A stretch of DNA of 64,000 nucleotides, taken from positions 2,443,696-2,507,695 of the forward strand of contig MU058540.1 of NCBI GenBank assembly GCA_013265495.1, given 5' to 3'. This DNA comes from Vicugna vicugna. Taxonomy: Eukaryota. Both the position numbers and the translations under genes were made by a program. The notes beneath the pieces were generated by a model. The model was given only the letters and a program-made list of their open reading frames with translations, did no database searches and was not told the DNA's origin. Positions within the stretch are counted from its first letter, which is position 1; every line of letters begins with the position of its first letter. Shown here piece after piece: positions 22,111 through 35,370 of the stretch.

Positions 22111-24204
22111 CCCTCCCTTCTGGTGAGGAGATGTTATTTCCCTCCTTTCTTCTCCGAAGGGTCAAGATTCTTCTGGAAGAGGTGCCCCTTTAAAGGGGCA
22201 GGAGACTTGGCCAGGGTCCTTACTTGTCTCATGAGTATCTCGTGTAGAGTGCAGGGGAAACAGTCTAATTGCAGAAACTCCTCATTCGTCGCGGACCTGG
22301 GTGAGGTGGGCCAGTGAGGGCTCAGGGGGTGCCGAGAAGATCTCTGGGGATGTTGTGGAGTTGTGTACGTGGGAAGGGCTGTGTGGGATGAGAAACTCCC
22401 GCCAAAAAACTAGACTGTAAGCTCCTTGCGGGCGAAACTGATTTCATTTTCCTCAGCAGCATTTTCCTTCCCCTTCTAGAGTTTTCCCTCCAGTGTATAG
22501 AGGCTTGGGTAGCACAGCAGAGCTCTCTGTAGATGCTTGCTGCTTAGTTGAGATACCTGCTACGAGCTGCCTAGGTAGCGATAGGGAGGGAGAATACACA
22601 GTGGCTTTAACAAAGGAGGGGCCACACCCCCTCTCAGAACTATTTCAGGTTACTATTGAGGTAGATTTTCACACCTCTGCAAGTGTCTCCATGCCCTTGA
22701 AGGGATGGGGGCAATAAAGTAGGTCTGTTGGCCCAGGTTGCCCCCCAGGGAGTTGGCATTTGTTAGGCGGGTAGTAGCCAAGGGCCGCTGGAACCTAGAC
22801 AGGATTCCTGTGATGATTCTGTTTCCTTTAGTTCCAAGTGGGGTGTGTGCCTACTTGGCACTGTTCCTCAGTCAAGTTGGTTTTTGTTTGTTTGTTTGAG
22901 TCACACTTTGAGTTTGGAAGGCCTTTTAAATAAGAATGTTCGTAATACCTTATTAACAAATAGCAACCCTTAAGTGATAATTTTATTAAATTCATTTACT
23001 GATAGAGTATGGGGGCACAGAGAGATTCATTGACTTTCTCTGGGTCACACAGGGCCAAGATTAGACCTAGATAACCCCAGAGCCTCTTTTTGTACCCGAC
23101 CATGGTATCTCTGGTGTTCTTACATCGCAGGGAGATGAGTTGAGCAAATCAGAAGATCCAGGTTTGAATTGTAGCTTTATTACTTACTAGTTTTAGGTTG
23201 AGTGACAGCTTTCTGAGCTTCTGTTTCTTCCACTGTAAAATGGAGATGAGAATATCTTTTCTACCTTCCAAGCTAGTTGTGAGAAATACTAAAAGTAAAA
23301 AGGCTTTGTAGTTTGTAAAAGTGTGCTAAATTATCACCATCTCCTCTTTATAGATAAAGGTGGTAGATCCCACAGCAAGGGTGACAAATTCTGTTTTTCT
23401 CCTTGAAATCCTCTGCCTATTCATACTCTTCCAGTCTCTGCCCATACCACAGGACACCATATCCCCAAAGGTCTTTCCTGGTACTGATGGTCTCAGTAAC
23501 TGCCTACCACAGCTCTTTATGAGCTTGTCATAGTTCCCTCCATCCAGAGAATGATGTGAGAAAAATTTAGAGCTTTCTCTTTGTTGCACAAGGATAGACT
23601 GGATATATTTTGGGAGAGAGGGACTTTTGGGGTAACAGAATGCATTGAAAGTTTACCTCAGATATTGCCCCAGTTAACCTGGCCTTAGATCCACTGAGGG
23701 TCCCAGATAGACCACTTATAACTTCAGTGACACTTGGACCACTCCCAGAGCTTCCAGGGTTTCTGCTTAGAGATGTGCACTAGCCAGTGCATCCTGAATG
23801 CTACCTTTTGCAGACAAAACCTTGCATACGGTAGTTTGAAGTCCTTAGACCACAAGTGGTAGACATTTTAGGTGCCTTCACCCCTTCACCCCCAGCATGG
23901 TCAGGGGATGGGGTTTCTAATCATGGTAAGATAGGTTCGGAGAGGGCTCTAGACCTGTGGATTTTTGATTCCCCAGTGGGGCCATCGTTCATGTACAAAG
24001 CTTGTAAATGGATGCTGTCTTGTTTTTTTATTTAAAGCTCTAACCACCCTCTCCTCTTTCATAATTAGCTGTTCCACAGCCTTATGTACATCATTAGGAC
24101 ATTAGATCTCTCCCCATGTTGCACTGTAGTGATTTGTTTACTTCTCTGTCCCTTCAGTCAGACAACTCCTTGAGGGCAGGGATCATGCGTGTTTGATTTC
24201 TCAT

Positions 24205-24560
24205 TTCATTTAACTAATACTTATTAAGTGCTTACTTAGGAGCCAGGCACCATTCCATGTACTGAAGATACAGCAGTGACAATCTCTCCTCTCATTGAGC
24301 TTACATTCTAGTGGAAGGAAGCAAACATACGTGAGAAATAGGTAAATTACATAGCACAGTAAACAATGGTAAGTGTTACAGTGAAAAAAAAAGCAGGGTG
24401 AAAGATTGCTGGTAGAGGAGAGGGTTTTGCAATTTTAGATAGAATGGTCAGAGAAGGTCTCACTGAGAAGCACTGTTTGTGGAAAAACTTGAAGAAGGTG
24501 AAGGAGCAAGTCATCTGGATGTCTGAGGGTCAGGATATTCAGACAGAGGGAACAGCCAGT
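24205..24560 (-). mobile_element. L2 fragment
   Basis: catttaactaatacttattaagtgcttac...gccaggcac...cagagaaggtctcactgagaag. Confidence 0.6.
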
Positions 24561-24682
24561 TTGCTTGGTGGCTACTTGATCAGATAGAAGGGTGAATGAT
24601 TGCATGCATGCCTGAACATCCAGATCACTCACAGTCTCCTGGCCTTCTCTCCTTAGGCCTATCCCTTTGGTTCCCAGGTGCC

Positions 24683-26136
24683 ATGAGGAAGCCTCGCCGG
24701 AAGTCGCGGCAGAATGCCGAGGGCCGGCGCTCGCCATCCCCCTATAGTCTGAAGTGCTCACCCACCCGGGAGACCCTGACATATGCCCAGGCCCAGCGGA
24801 TTGTTGAGGTGGACATTGATGGACGTTTGCATCGTATCAGCATCTACGACCCACTCAAGATCATCACAGAGGATGAGTTGACTGCCCAGGATATCACGGA
24901 ATGCAATAGTAACAAGGAAAACAGTGAGCAGCCTCAGTTCCCTGGCAAGTCCAAAAAACCCTCATCCAAGGGCAAGAAGAAGGAGTCCTGCTCCAAGCAT
25001 GCATCCGGCACTTCCTTCCACCTTCCACAACCCAGCTTCCGCATGGTGGACTCAGGCAGCCAGCCAGAGGCACCCCCGCTGCCTGCTGCCTACTACCGCT
25101 ACATTGAGAAGCCACCTGAAGACCTGGATGCAGAGGTAGAGTACGACATGGATGAGGAGGACCTTGCCTGGCTGGACATGGTGAATGAGAAGCGGCGAGT
25201 AGATGGGCACAGTTTGGTGTCGGCAGATACCTTTGAGCTGCTGGTGGACCGACTTGAGAAGGAGTCGTACTTGGAGAGTCGCAGCAGTGGGGCCCAACAG
25301 TCACTCATTGATGAAGATGCTTTCTGCTGCGTGTGCCTGGATGATGAATGCCACAACAGCAATGTCATTCTCTTCTGTGACATCTGCAACCTGGCTGTAC
25401 ACCAGGAGTGCTATGGTGTCCCCTACATCCCCGAGGGCCAGTGGCTATGCCGCTGCTGCTTACAGTCTCCCTCCCGGCCTGTGGATTGTGTTCTCTGCCC
25501 CAATAAGGGTGGCGCCTTCAAACAGACCAGCGATGGGCACTGGGCCCACGTGGTGTGTGCCATCTGGATTCCTGAAGTCTGCTTTGCTAACACTGTGTTC
25601 CTGGAGCCTATTGAGGGTATTGATAACATCCCGCCTGCCCGCTGGAAACTAACCTGCTATATCTGCAAGCAGAAGGGGCTAGGTGCAGCCATCCAGTGCC
25701 ATAAGGTGAACTGCTACACAGCCTTCCACGTGACGTGTGCACAGCGAGCTGGGCTCTTCATGAAGATTGAGCCAATGCGTGAGACCAGCCTCAATGGCAC
25801 CATCTTCACAGTGCGCAAGACCGCCTACTGTGAGGCCCACTCACCGCCAGGTGCTGCCACTACTAGGAGGAAGGGTGACTCCCCTGGAAGCCTCAATGAG
25901 GTTGGGGATGAGGAAGGGCTGAAGGAGGGCTGTGGGGAGGAGGAGGAGGAGAAGGATGAGGTAGAAGAAGAGGAGGAAGATGAAGGTCAAGGTGGGGTAG
26001 GCAGCTCCCTCAAGGGAGTGTCCAAGAAGAACAAGATGACTTTGAAGCAAAGGATCAAGAAGGAGCCAGAGGAAGTGGGCCGAGAGACACCCTCCACTGT
26101 CCCCATGGTCGCTGTCCCACAGATACCCTCTTACAG
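24683..26136 (+). CDS. BRPF3: BRPF3 coding exon 1 (exon 2): N-terminus, EPC-like region, PZP (PHD-Zn knuckle-PHD) domain, acidic tract
   Basis: GCCATGAGG start; [25 protein letters not shown]...[31 protein letters not shown]...QIPSYR; donor AG|gtgagc, phase 2. Confidence 0.97.
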
Positions 26137-27527
26137 GTGAGCCTGCCCAGGAGGGCTTCCCAGGAACTTGTGGTTTCTTCTTGGGCTGATGTTGGCCCTA
26201 AGCCAGGCTTCCTTCCCCAAGGTTGGTGAATATCTGTTCTCTTCTGTGCTCTCAAATATAGACTTCTCCTTTGGGCCCTGGGCTCGCCTGGCCTGGTTTG
26301 TGGTTTTGATTGTGCCCTTCAGAGCAATGTATTTCCTTTGGTTCAGAGTGAGACAGATACTTCAATTACTTAGAAACCCAGGATGTTTAAGGCAGTATTT
26401 TTTAGCAGGGCACAAGTGGAATTTTGGACAGGATGGTAATTAATTATTAGGACTGTCCGTATATTTCTCAATGTTTAGCATCCCTGGTCTTTGCCTATAT
26501 GTGTCATTTGCATTCCCATCATCATTAACTGGCCTTTGTGACAACCTCAGATGCTGCCCACATATGTTTCCAGTAACCCTTTTGGGGATAGAATTATTTC
26601 CAATTGAGAACTACTGTTTCAAGGGGTCAGTATGAGTATCTGCTGTCCCGAAGTCTCTGTCCTGGAAATAATGGGGACTTTGTGTAAGGGGATGGTCATG
26701 TGGGGAAGATACACTATTCTCCTGAGAAGCTTTTAGAGTTAGAGGAAAGAAGATTACTCAGCTCAGTTGTGTAGCTAAGTTACCTTGGCCCCCACTGAGT
26801 CTGTGGAGAAACTGTTGTACCTGTTTTAAACCATCAGAGAGGTAGCTGGAGCAGTTGGAGGGATGGGAGCTAGGCAGAGAAGCAAGAATCAAGGAAGATT
26901 TTCCAGCGAAGGCTTATCACACTGATGATGTTCATTAAAAAGTATACAGTGTTAGAGCAGGAAGGTATCTTGAAGATTATTCATCTAACATAGTCCTTGC
27001 ACCTTCTCCCACACCCCTAGATGAAGAAACTGCGGCCACAGGAGGTAAAGTTGTTCACTCCTTTATTCATTCAACAAGATGTTTATTGAGCACTTACTAT
27101 ATGCCAAGTCCTGTTCTAAGGGCTGAAAGGAACCAGGGGAAAGTGACAGACCTTGGACCACAGCTGGGGCTTATGACATTTCCAGGTTCTGCTCCTGCTG
27201 TCTGTCTCCTTGATGTAAAGGATAGAGAGAAAGTACTAGAGGGCAGTGGGGAGTATGTGAGCAGAACAGGCATCCAGACCTGTCAGTCTGGAAAGGAGAC
27301 ATGAGCAGAGAAGATCGGGGTGAGGGGCTCTTGTGAGCCATGGCTGGAGTTAGAATCAGTCAACTGGAAATGGGTCTTCTAGTCACAAAACTGTTCTAGG
27401 CTCCCCTCTTCCCTTAGGTGAGTGGGTTCTTGCTTAGTTCCCCTCTGCAGGGTGGTTATGCCCTGGGGCTATACTTTTTGGTTGTCAGGTCTGCTCTCAT
27501 AGGTGGTGTCTTACAGGGACCAGCACA

Positions 27528-27745
27528 GCATGGTGGCTAAGAACCAGACAGACCTGCATTTGAATCCTGCTTCTATCACTACTTACCTATGTGATCTTAC
27601 CTATATGATGAGTTACTTAACTTCTTTCAGCCATAGTTTATTTGTAAATGAACCTACCTAATAAGGTCATTGGGAGAAATAGATGAAATAATGTGAGTAA
27701 AGCACTCAGCACAGTGCCTGGCAAATAGTAAGCGCTCAATAAATG
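27528..27745 (+). mobile_element. MIR SINE
   Basis: tttgaatcctgcttctatcact...gtaaagcactcagcacagtgcctggcaaatagtaagcgctcaataaatg. Confidence 0.7.
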
Positions 27746-28970
27746 GTGGCTACTGCTGCTGCTGCTATTTTATTATTATTATTCTTTTCCCCACCTGCAC
27801 AAATGCTGTTGGGACCCTCCATGGCCAAGGGGTTGTAGAGGGAGGGGGCTGCCTGCATCTGGGCAGGTGTGCTTGGCATGGGCGTTGGTTGGGGAATCTG
27901 TCCTTTGGGGAAAGGCCTAGGCCTTGACTTTGTAAGCTTGGCTTTGGGGCAGGGATGTCTGACCATGGAAAGACACAAGGCCTAGGTGAGCAGTGTCCAG
28001 CTCGACATGAACATCCTTCTTAGTGTCCATCTTCTTGTTTAGCCCTACTTATCTTCCTTTCAGTGGAAATACCACAGGAACACTGAGCCAATTTGGGGAC
28101 ACAGCATGGTTTAACAGAGAGATCATGGGTTCAGATCCTGCCTGGCTTCGCCATTTTGTTAGCTGCATTAGTGACTTTGACAATTTATCAGCCTCTGTTC
28201 CTAAGTTGCCTTTCCATTTTTTGGAACATGGGAATAATGTGACCCACCTTACAGTATTGTCATTAGGGTGGAGATTATGGGCTCTCATGAATTCCCTTCC
28301 CACCTATTCCCCCCCCCCATGTGTTATTGGCTTAAATTCTGACCCCAAGTCTATTTTGGAGTAGTTTAGCCAAATAAGTTTTCAGATTCTCCATCTTCTT
28401 ACACCTTTATATCCTCTCCCCCTCCATTTGGTTCAAAATTAGGCATTTTTGGTTACTGAGATTTTTTAATGAAAAGCCAGAGGTCAGACAACTCCAAGGG
28501 GTTGCATTTTGGCTCAGAAAGCTGTAGCCTGCTGTATTCCTACTTGGCTGTAGACTACTCCCTGGTCTGGTGGGACCCTTAGCCACAGGGGGCAGGTAAT
28601 AGTGACCACATTGCCTACAGCTTACTCAAGTTCCTGTTCTCTTTTGCTGCTCAAGAGAAGAGGGCAGGTGTTGGGGCACAGGCCTGTTTCTCAGAGTCCA
28701 GAACTGCAAGATCAGGGTTCCTGGCAGAGGGTTCTTTTGGTGGATCAGAACTGCAAGGCAGGAGGTGGAAAATCAAGTGAAATATCTCATGCTGAATCTG
28801 AGCTGCTTAACTTTGCTGTCCTTTTCAAGCCTTTCTCTGAGGTGAGGCATTTGACTACTTTATTCTGTCTTCCTCTGTAAGGTTCAGAAATGAACCAGAG
28901 TATGGAGAGGAGGCTGTAATCTGGGCTGCCCACTGACCCTGTCTTTCACTTCCCTGTACCTCTACTCAAG

Positions 28971-29127
28971 GTTGAACAAGATCTGTAGTGGTCTCTCCTT
29001 TCAGAGGAAAAACCAGTTCATGCAGCGGCTTCACAACTACTGGCTGTTGAAGCGGCAGGCGCGGAACGGTGTTCCCCTCATCCGGCGCCTGCACTCTCAC
29101 CTGCAGTCCCAAAGGAATGCCGAGCAG
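28971..29127 (+). CDS. BRPF3: BRPF3 exon 3
   Basis: ctcaag|G ... [52 protein letters not shown]|gtaggt; phases fit. Confidence 0.95.
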
Positions 29128-31492
29128 GTAGGTGAAGTGGTGATTTGAGGACAGTGGAGGGAGGTGGAGAGTGAAGAAGGAGAGACGGTTGGTGTGCCCC
29201 TCCATGAGCACTCTGCAGAGCTTTGCCTATAGCCATCACCCAGGTGCTCCATCCCAGGAGCTACCTCCAGCACTGTAGAGCTCTTCAGACCAGACAGCAT
29301 CTACTTCTGGGTGATAGAGGCTTGGCTTGGAGCAAATTCTAGGGGAGAGTGGAGAGCAAGCCCAACTTGCCCTGTGTGGAGGGAAACCTTTTAGATATGA
29401 TGGAAAGGAAGAAGGCTGGGAGAGTCAGGCAGCTGTGTTGCAAGAGTTAGGAAAAGGGGCGCTTTCCTCAAGACATTATACTGCTGTCTGCCAAAAAAAA
29501 ATTTCATAGAAAATACACAGATTAACCATCTAAATTGTAGCATGCAGCCTGCCCAACTGTGGTGGCCTTTCAGCCATTAGCAACTGGAGTTGCTGCATGT
29601 TTAGTATTTTTTGAGACAATCAATAGAAGCCTCCTGAGAGACTGTTTTGTTTTTTTCTGGTTTTTTTTTTTTTTGGTAACATATTAATCTCTTTCCTCCT
29701 TCACTTGTTGCATTACTTCCACCTTTAGGTATTCCCATACCACTACTTCAGAGATGAAGGAAGCCTTTCCATGACTCTGGTGTCCTCTGTGTTCTGTCTG
29801 ATTTCACTTTTGCTTTTTGTAACTGAAGTCCTGAAGGGAGGGTATATATTTGATCTCTCCTTGAAATGGTCTGCCTGCTTCCCTGTAGCCTCCTCTAGAA
29901 CACCAGTGACCCCCTTCCAGCCCAGCAAGTCTTTCCTCACATTCTCAACTTATAGACCATTGGACTGCATTTGACACCATGATCTCTTTGTCTTAGAGCC
30001 TCTCTGTGACACATTTTTCCACCTCCTCTATACCTCTAACTGCACCCTGTGCTGATCCTAATTCTTCCTCCTTTATGGTAACATTCCCGGGGGCTCTGCT
30101 GCCTGCCTGTCAGTTTGGAGAGCTTGTCCACTTTCATAGTTGTCAATAACTGTGTGGCAGTAGCTTCAGGTTTCTTGTCTTGTCCCCTCCCTTTTTTCTG
30201 TCCTCAGTCCCTCTGAGGCAGAGGAACTATAGATGTCCATGTAGATGTTGTTTCCTATAACTCAGATGTTGGAAACTGAATTCATTATCTTCTTTCCATA
30301 AACATATTTCCCCATTATTGTCATAGAACTCTTCTTCCTTCTGACCTCAGATGTTCCCCACCTTGGAGTTACTTTTGACTCTTCTCTCCATAGCAAGCTG
30401 CAATTAACCATCCCCCGATCTCTTTCAGGGCATTTATCAGTATATTGCCCTTTGTCTTCATTTCACAGCCACTCTGCTCACCCATCCCGCCCCACCTCTT
30501 GATTTCAACAGTAACTTTCTAGGTGGTCTCTAGCCTCTAATTCTTTCTTTGCTCTACAACTGGTATTGTCTTACTTAACCATTTTCCATCCTGTCATTTC
30601 CTTTTCCAGCATATATTCTCCCTCTCCACAGAGGCCATGTCCACGCTTTTTGCTAGCTGGATCTTGGGTCTTCTTTGGCTTTTGTGGTTCTCCAGTTTCT
30701 TTGCTCTGGCCAGCCCATTTTTCTTAAAAAGCAAAGGATCACCAATTCTGCCCCCCTGCTTCTGCCCTCTGCTCCCTTCAGTTCCAGAAGAGGGCTTTCT
30801 TAACTGCTTCATTCATCCATGTCCATCACTGCATGTGAAAACCCTAGTAAGATTGCTTCTCCCAGGAATCCCTGACCTAACCTCAACCCACTGAGATCCT
30901 GTCTAATTTATGTCCTCTTAGCATTTTATATTCAGTTTATCTGTTCAGTTTTTGTTGTCTTTATGCTGCTGTGCCCTTGTGCATCAAGCCCTGGACCTTT
31001 TTCTTCCCTCAGCTACACTGTGACTTCTTTTAGGGCAGGAATCATGATTTTGGTGGTGGTAGTGGCGGTGTTTTAAAGTGTGTTCAAGTCAGTTAAGTAC
31101 AAGCTTATAGTAAAAACTTTGCTTTGTTTCCTTGCCAAGTCAAAGCTCTAGGGTGAAATTCTTTCCACCCTTAGGTATCTATTAGCCTCCTTCTGAAATT
31201 CTTTCCAGCCCTGAGGATGCACATCTGCTCCCTGATGTCCCTGGGGGTTGGGAGAGCAGTCCCAGCTCTCAGGCCAGCAGTGGTTATTGTGCTACAGTGA
31301 AGAAACATTGTTATAAGGCTGGGGAAGCAAGGAGGAAGGCATGGGATATAGAGGGAGTGGAAGGGCTCTCCAGGACCATGCGTCCAGAAAGGAGACAGGG
31401 CTCTTACCTGCTGAGGCCCCACGAGGCTTGAGCAGGGAGGGAGAGGACTTTGGGCAGGAAAGTTCCTTTTTCCTTTCCCATCCTTCCTGCAG

Positions 31493-31624
31493 CGAGAGCA
31501 GGATGAGAAGACAAGCGCAGTGAAGGAAGAGCTGAAATATTGGCAGAAGCTCCGGCACGACTTGGAGCGGGCTCGGCTGCTAATTGAGCTGATTCGGAAA
31601 AGAGAAAAGCTCAAGCGGGAGCAG
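31493..31624 (+). CDS. BRPF3: BRPF3 exon 4 (EPC-II-like helical region)
   Basis: ctgcag|[44 protein letters not shown]|gtaagg. Confidence 0.95.
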
Positions 31625-32074
31625 GTAAGGAGGAGTCCCCAGGGCTCTTGTTCAAGATGTTTCTCTCCTACTGTCAGTGTGGCTTTAGGAGACCCAGGAG
31701 CCCCTGCCTGGTATCAGCTTTCTCACCTTTCTGCCCAGCACTGTGGGCTTCAGGGCCTGTCTACTCTGCCTTGGGTGTGATGCTGCTGATAACTTTGAAC
31801 TTTGGGGTTTCAACTACTGGTAGCCTCTAGCATAAGCTTAATATCCTATGCCTGGGCCCATCCCTGGATTTTCTGATTTAGGAAATCTCAGGGGGAGCCT
31901 GTCCTTGAGTATTTTGAAAAGCTTCTCAGGCCGTTGTGATCAGTGGCAACCTTTGGCCTGGAAGCTTCTGAGAGTTCTCACTTGGCCCTTACAAACTTAT
32001 TGTCTTGAATCATTTTAATTTTCCAACCTCTGTTGAAGGAGATTCTAAGCCTCTGAGCATGGGGAATGTTGAGG

Positions 32075-32330
32075 TAAGTAGTGTAGCATAGGAGTTAGGA
32101 ATATGAGCTGTGGCACCAGACTGCCTGGGTTTAAATCCTGACTCTGCCACTTACTCCTTGTGTGACAGTGAGTAAATTGCTTAATCTCCTTAATACCTAA
32201 GTTTCCTTGACTATAAAATGAGGATAGTAATAGAATCTGCCTTATAAGGTTATGAGGATTAGATGACTTAGTTTATATAAATAGCTTAGAACAGTGCATG
32301 GCACATAGTAGGGCTATAGAAGTGTCAGCT
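32075..32330 (+). mobile_element. MIR SINE
   Basis: cagactgcctgggtttaaatcctgactctgccacttact...tataaaatgaggatagtaatag. Confidence 0.7.
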
Positions 32331-33619
32331 GCTGTCATCATCCGTATTGATGGTCTTTGCCTCCCTGAAGTGTCCACTGTGACACTCTGCACATGACAGA
32401 GAACAAAAACTCTTAATTGAATGGATGATGAGCCAAAACTGTTCTATCTGGTCCAGGAATAACAGCTGTTACTCGCACGCCTGGGTTAAAGATGTTCCTT
32501 TTTCTCTTTCTCCAAACTCTGCTTCACTGTTCAGCCCCAGCACAAGTCCTTCTTTCATGGACCTGTAGCCTGAATTTACACATCTGAATCTGGGCAGCTC
32601 TTTCCATATTTAGCAAGGGTGGGCATGGAGGACATCTCAGGATCTTGTCCATGGATTGAACCGTCTGTGCTGTCCCAATGCTGGTCCCACAGCTGAGCTT
32701 TTCTTCCCATTTTTGGTTCAGAAGAACCTAAGGGGAAAGGAAGCAGGCAGAGGATATAAGCAGGCTTGTTTTAATGTAGCCAAGAGATAGGAACTTCTCT
32801 TAGTCTAATCCATGGCTTCCCAACCTTTTCACATTGGGGCACGTATCAAAAATAACATTTGTACAGCATACTGCTGCAAATATGTCAGGCTACTTGCTGC
32901 CTGACGGGTGAGTCCAGAAGTCCTGTTCACTCTAGTTGGTCCAGACTTACCAGGGGCCAGTGGGATAAATATCTCAGCACGCAAGGTAGGAATTCTGGCC
33001 CAACGTACATTTTATGTCATCAGTGTGCCCTTGGACTAAGTTAGACCTCAGTTTAAATCCTGTCTGTTCTCTTCTAGCCAGATGACCTTGGGTTACTAAC
33101 TCCTCATCATATTCTTTTCAAACCTCAGATTCCATATTTGTAATATGGGGGTAATAGTTTCTCCTTTAGGGCTATTGTGATGATTGACTGAGGTGATGTA
33201 AGTAGAGAGGCAGTGAGGCTTAGTAGTCAAAAGCACACTCTGTGAATCCCAGTTCTGACCCTTAATAGCTGTGTGACCTTGGATCAGTCACTTGTTTAGT
33301 CTCTTTGTCTTAGTTTCCTCTTTGTAAAATACCTCATTTGTGTGTGAATGTTAATTTGGCACTTAGTAAGGACTAAGTACAATATTAGCTATTATTACCA
33401 TAAGCTTTGGTGTGGTGCTTAATATATGGGAACAGTTTACAAAGTGGTCTCTGTTGGTGTCATTATTTCTGCACTGAGGGTTGGGTGATAGCTCCTCAAA
33501 TACTGGTCAGCTTCATATCCTGTAAAAATTTGTACGTGATTGATGAAAGTCAGGTTATCAAGAAAAAGTTTGGTGCCACTTTGGGAGGATGTCCTGATGT
33601 CTCTCCACCTTCCTCATAG

Positions 33620-33748
33620 GTCAAGGTGCAGCAGGCTGCCATGGAGCTGGAGCTGATGCCATTCAACGTTCTGCTGAGGACAACACTGGACTTGCTACAG
33701 GAGAAGGATCCCGCACACATCTTCGCTGAACCTGTCAACCTGAGTGAG
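33620..33748 (+). CDS. BRPF3: BRPF3 exon 5 (start of bromodomain); GC donor
   Basis: tcatag|[43 protein letters not shown]|gcaagt. Confidence 0.92.
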
Positions 33749-34025
33749 GCAAGTTCCCCCTATACTTTCTGAGCAGTGAGCCCCTCCTGAAATGGAAACA
33801 GGGTGTGAGGAGGCCAGGAGATGGCTGGGCCATAGGGGTTCCTGGCAAGGCTAGTAGACTTATCCATGGTGAGGGCTCAGTAGGCCAGGGTGGGCCAGGG
33901 CCCTGGGACTACGAGTGAGCCCAGCATGGCCAGACCAGAAAACGGGGAGGCAAGAGTACTGATGAAGGGTGCGCCTGTTTGGCTAGTAAATGGTTGTTGT
34001 AATTGTACAGGTTTTATATGTTTAG

Positions 34026-34338
34026 GTTCCAGATTACCTGGAATTCATATCCAAGCCAATGGATTTTTCTACTATGAGGCGGAAGCTGGAGTCCCATCTG
34101 TACCGCACCTTGGAGGAGTTTGAGGAGGACTTTAACCTTATAGTTACCAACTGCATGAAGTATAATGCTAAAGACACAATTTTCCACCGAGCAGCTGTCC
34201 GCCTGCGGGACCTGGGAGGGGCCATTCTGCGGCACGCCCGGCGGCAGGCAGAGAACATCGGTTATGACCCCGAGAGGGGCACCCACCTGCCCGAGTCACC
34301 CAAATTGGAGGACTTTTACCGCTTCTCTTGGGAAGACG
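34026..34338 (+). CDS. BRPF3: BRPF3 exon 6 (bromodomain)
   Basis: tttag|[60 protein letters not shown]...FSWED G|gtgaga. Confidence 0.94.
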
Positions 34339-35067
34339 GTGAGAAGCCTGAACAGGTGGGGAGGGGAGGGGGCATGAGGAGGTGCAGGTACAGGGCCCAG
34401 AGAGCCAGAGATCAGGGTGGGCCTTGGAGCAATAGGGTAGACTCCAGGAGCAAAGCTAGGGATAGGCACAGGCTGGGATATACGTGCTTGTGGCTGGAAT
34501 AGTTTCAAAGGTTTGAGTTTAATTCACGGAGCACTTGAAAAGTAGGAAAGAGAGGAATCAGGTACTAGCTATCTGAAAAGCTAAAGCTTCATCAGGAGTT
34601 TTTCTCTCCTGGACTCCCCCTGTGTGGCATTGAAGCATAGGGCAGTGGGAGTGCAATGCTGTGGGTGTCTGGCTCATTCAGAAGAGTGCAGGTAGAGGAC
34701 CAGAAAAATGGAATTGCCTCTGAGACCCCCACTCTACCTGCCCCTGCTTTTTGCTTCTTGATGGCAGCAGCCAGTCACCACAGCCGGAGGATTGCCAGGC
34801 TGCCTCGTGTCTGCTCCATGGAGCCCGTAATCATGACTGTGAACTGCTTCCTGCAGATGTTTCCCAGATTCTGACCTTGTCCCTGTGTCTGCCCTCTGGG
34901 CAGTGGTGTTGGCCAGGGCCAAGGCCCCACAGTGACACTGCTGGAAGCCAGTGGCCCAGGCATTACGGGAGAATATTTTGCATCCAAAGGAATCAGCCCC
35001 CTCCCTTCCCCTTGCCCTGGGCTGGGCAGGTCCTTCAGCCCCTTCTGTCCTCCCTTTTCCCTGGCAG

Positions 35068-35370
35068 TGGACAACATCCTCATCCCAGAAAACCGGGCCC
35101 ACTTGTCCCCAGAGGTGCAGCTGAAGGAGCTGCTGGAGAAACTAGACGTAGTGAGTGCCATGCGGTCCAGTGGGGCCCGGACCCGCCGTGTCCGCCTGCT
35201 GCGCCGGGAGATCAATGCCCTTCGGCAGAAGCTGGCACAGCCACCACCACTGCAGCTACCATTGCTGAACAAGACTGTGTCCAATGGGGAACTGCCAGCA
35301 GGGCCTCAGGGGGATTTGGCTGTGCTGGAGCAGGCCCCACAGGAGGAGCCAGAAGACGATGGGGACAGAG
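35068..35370 (+). CDS. BRPF3: BRPF3 exon 7
   Basis: tggcag|(V)DNILIPENRAHLSPEVQLKELLEKLD...EEPEDDGDR G|gtgaga. Confidence 0.94.

Noticed and set aside
24596..24682. 29-codon N-terminal extension of BRPF3 in the ORF track (MIACMPEH...)
   Set aside because: The upstream ATG lies before the splice acceptor at 24657 and is intronic; the real start is 24683.
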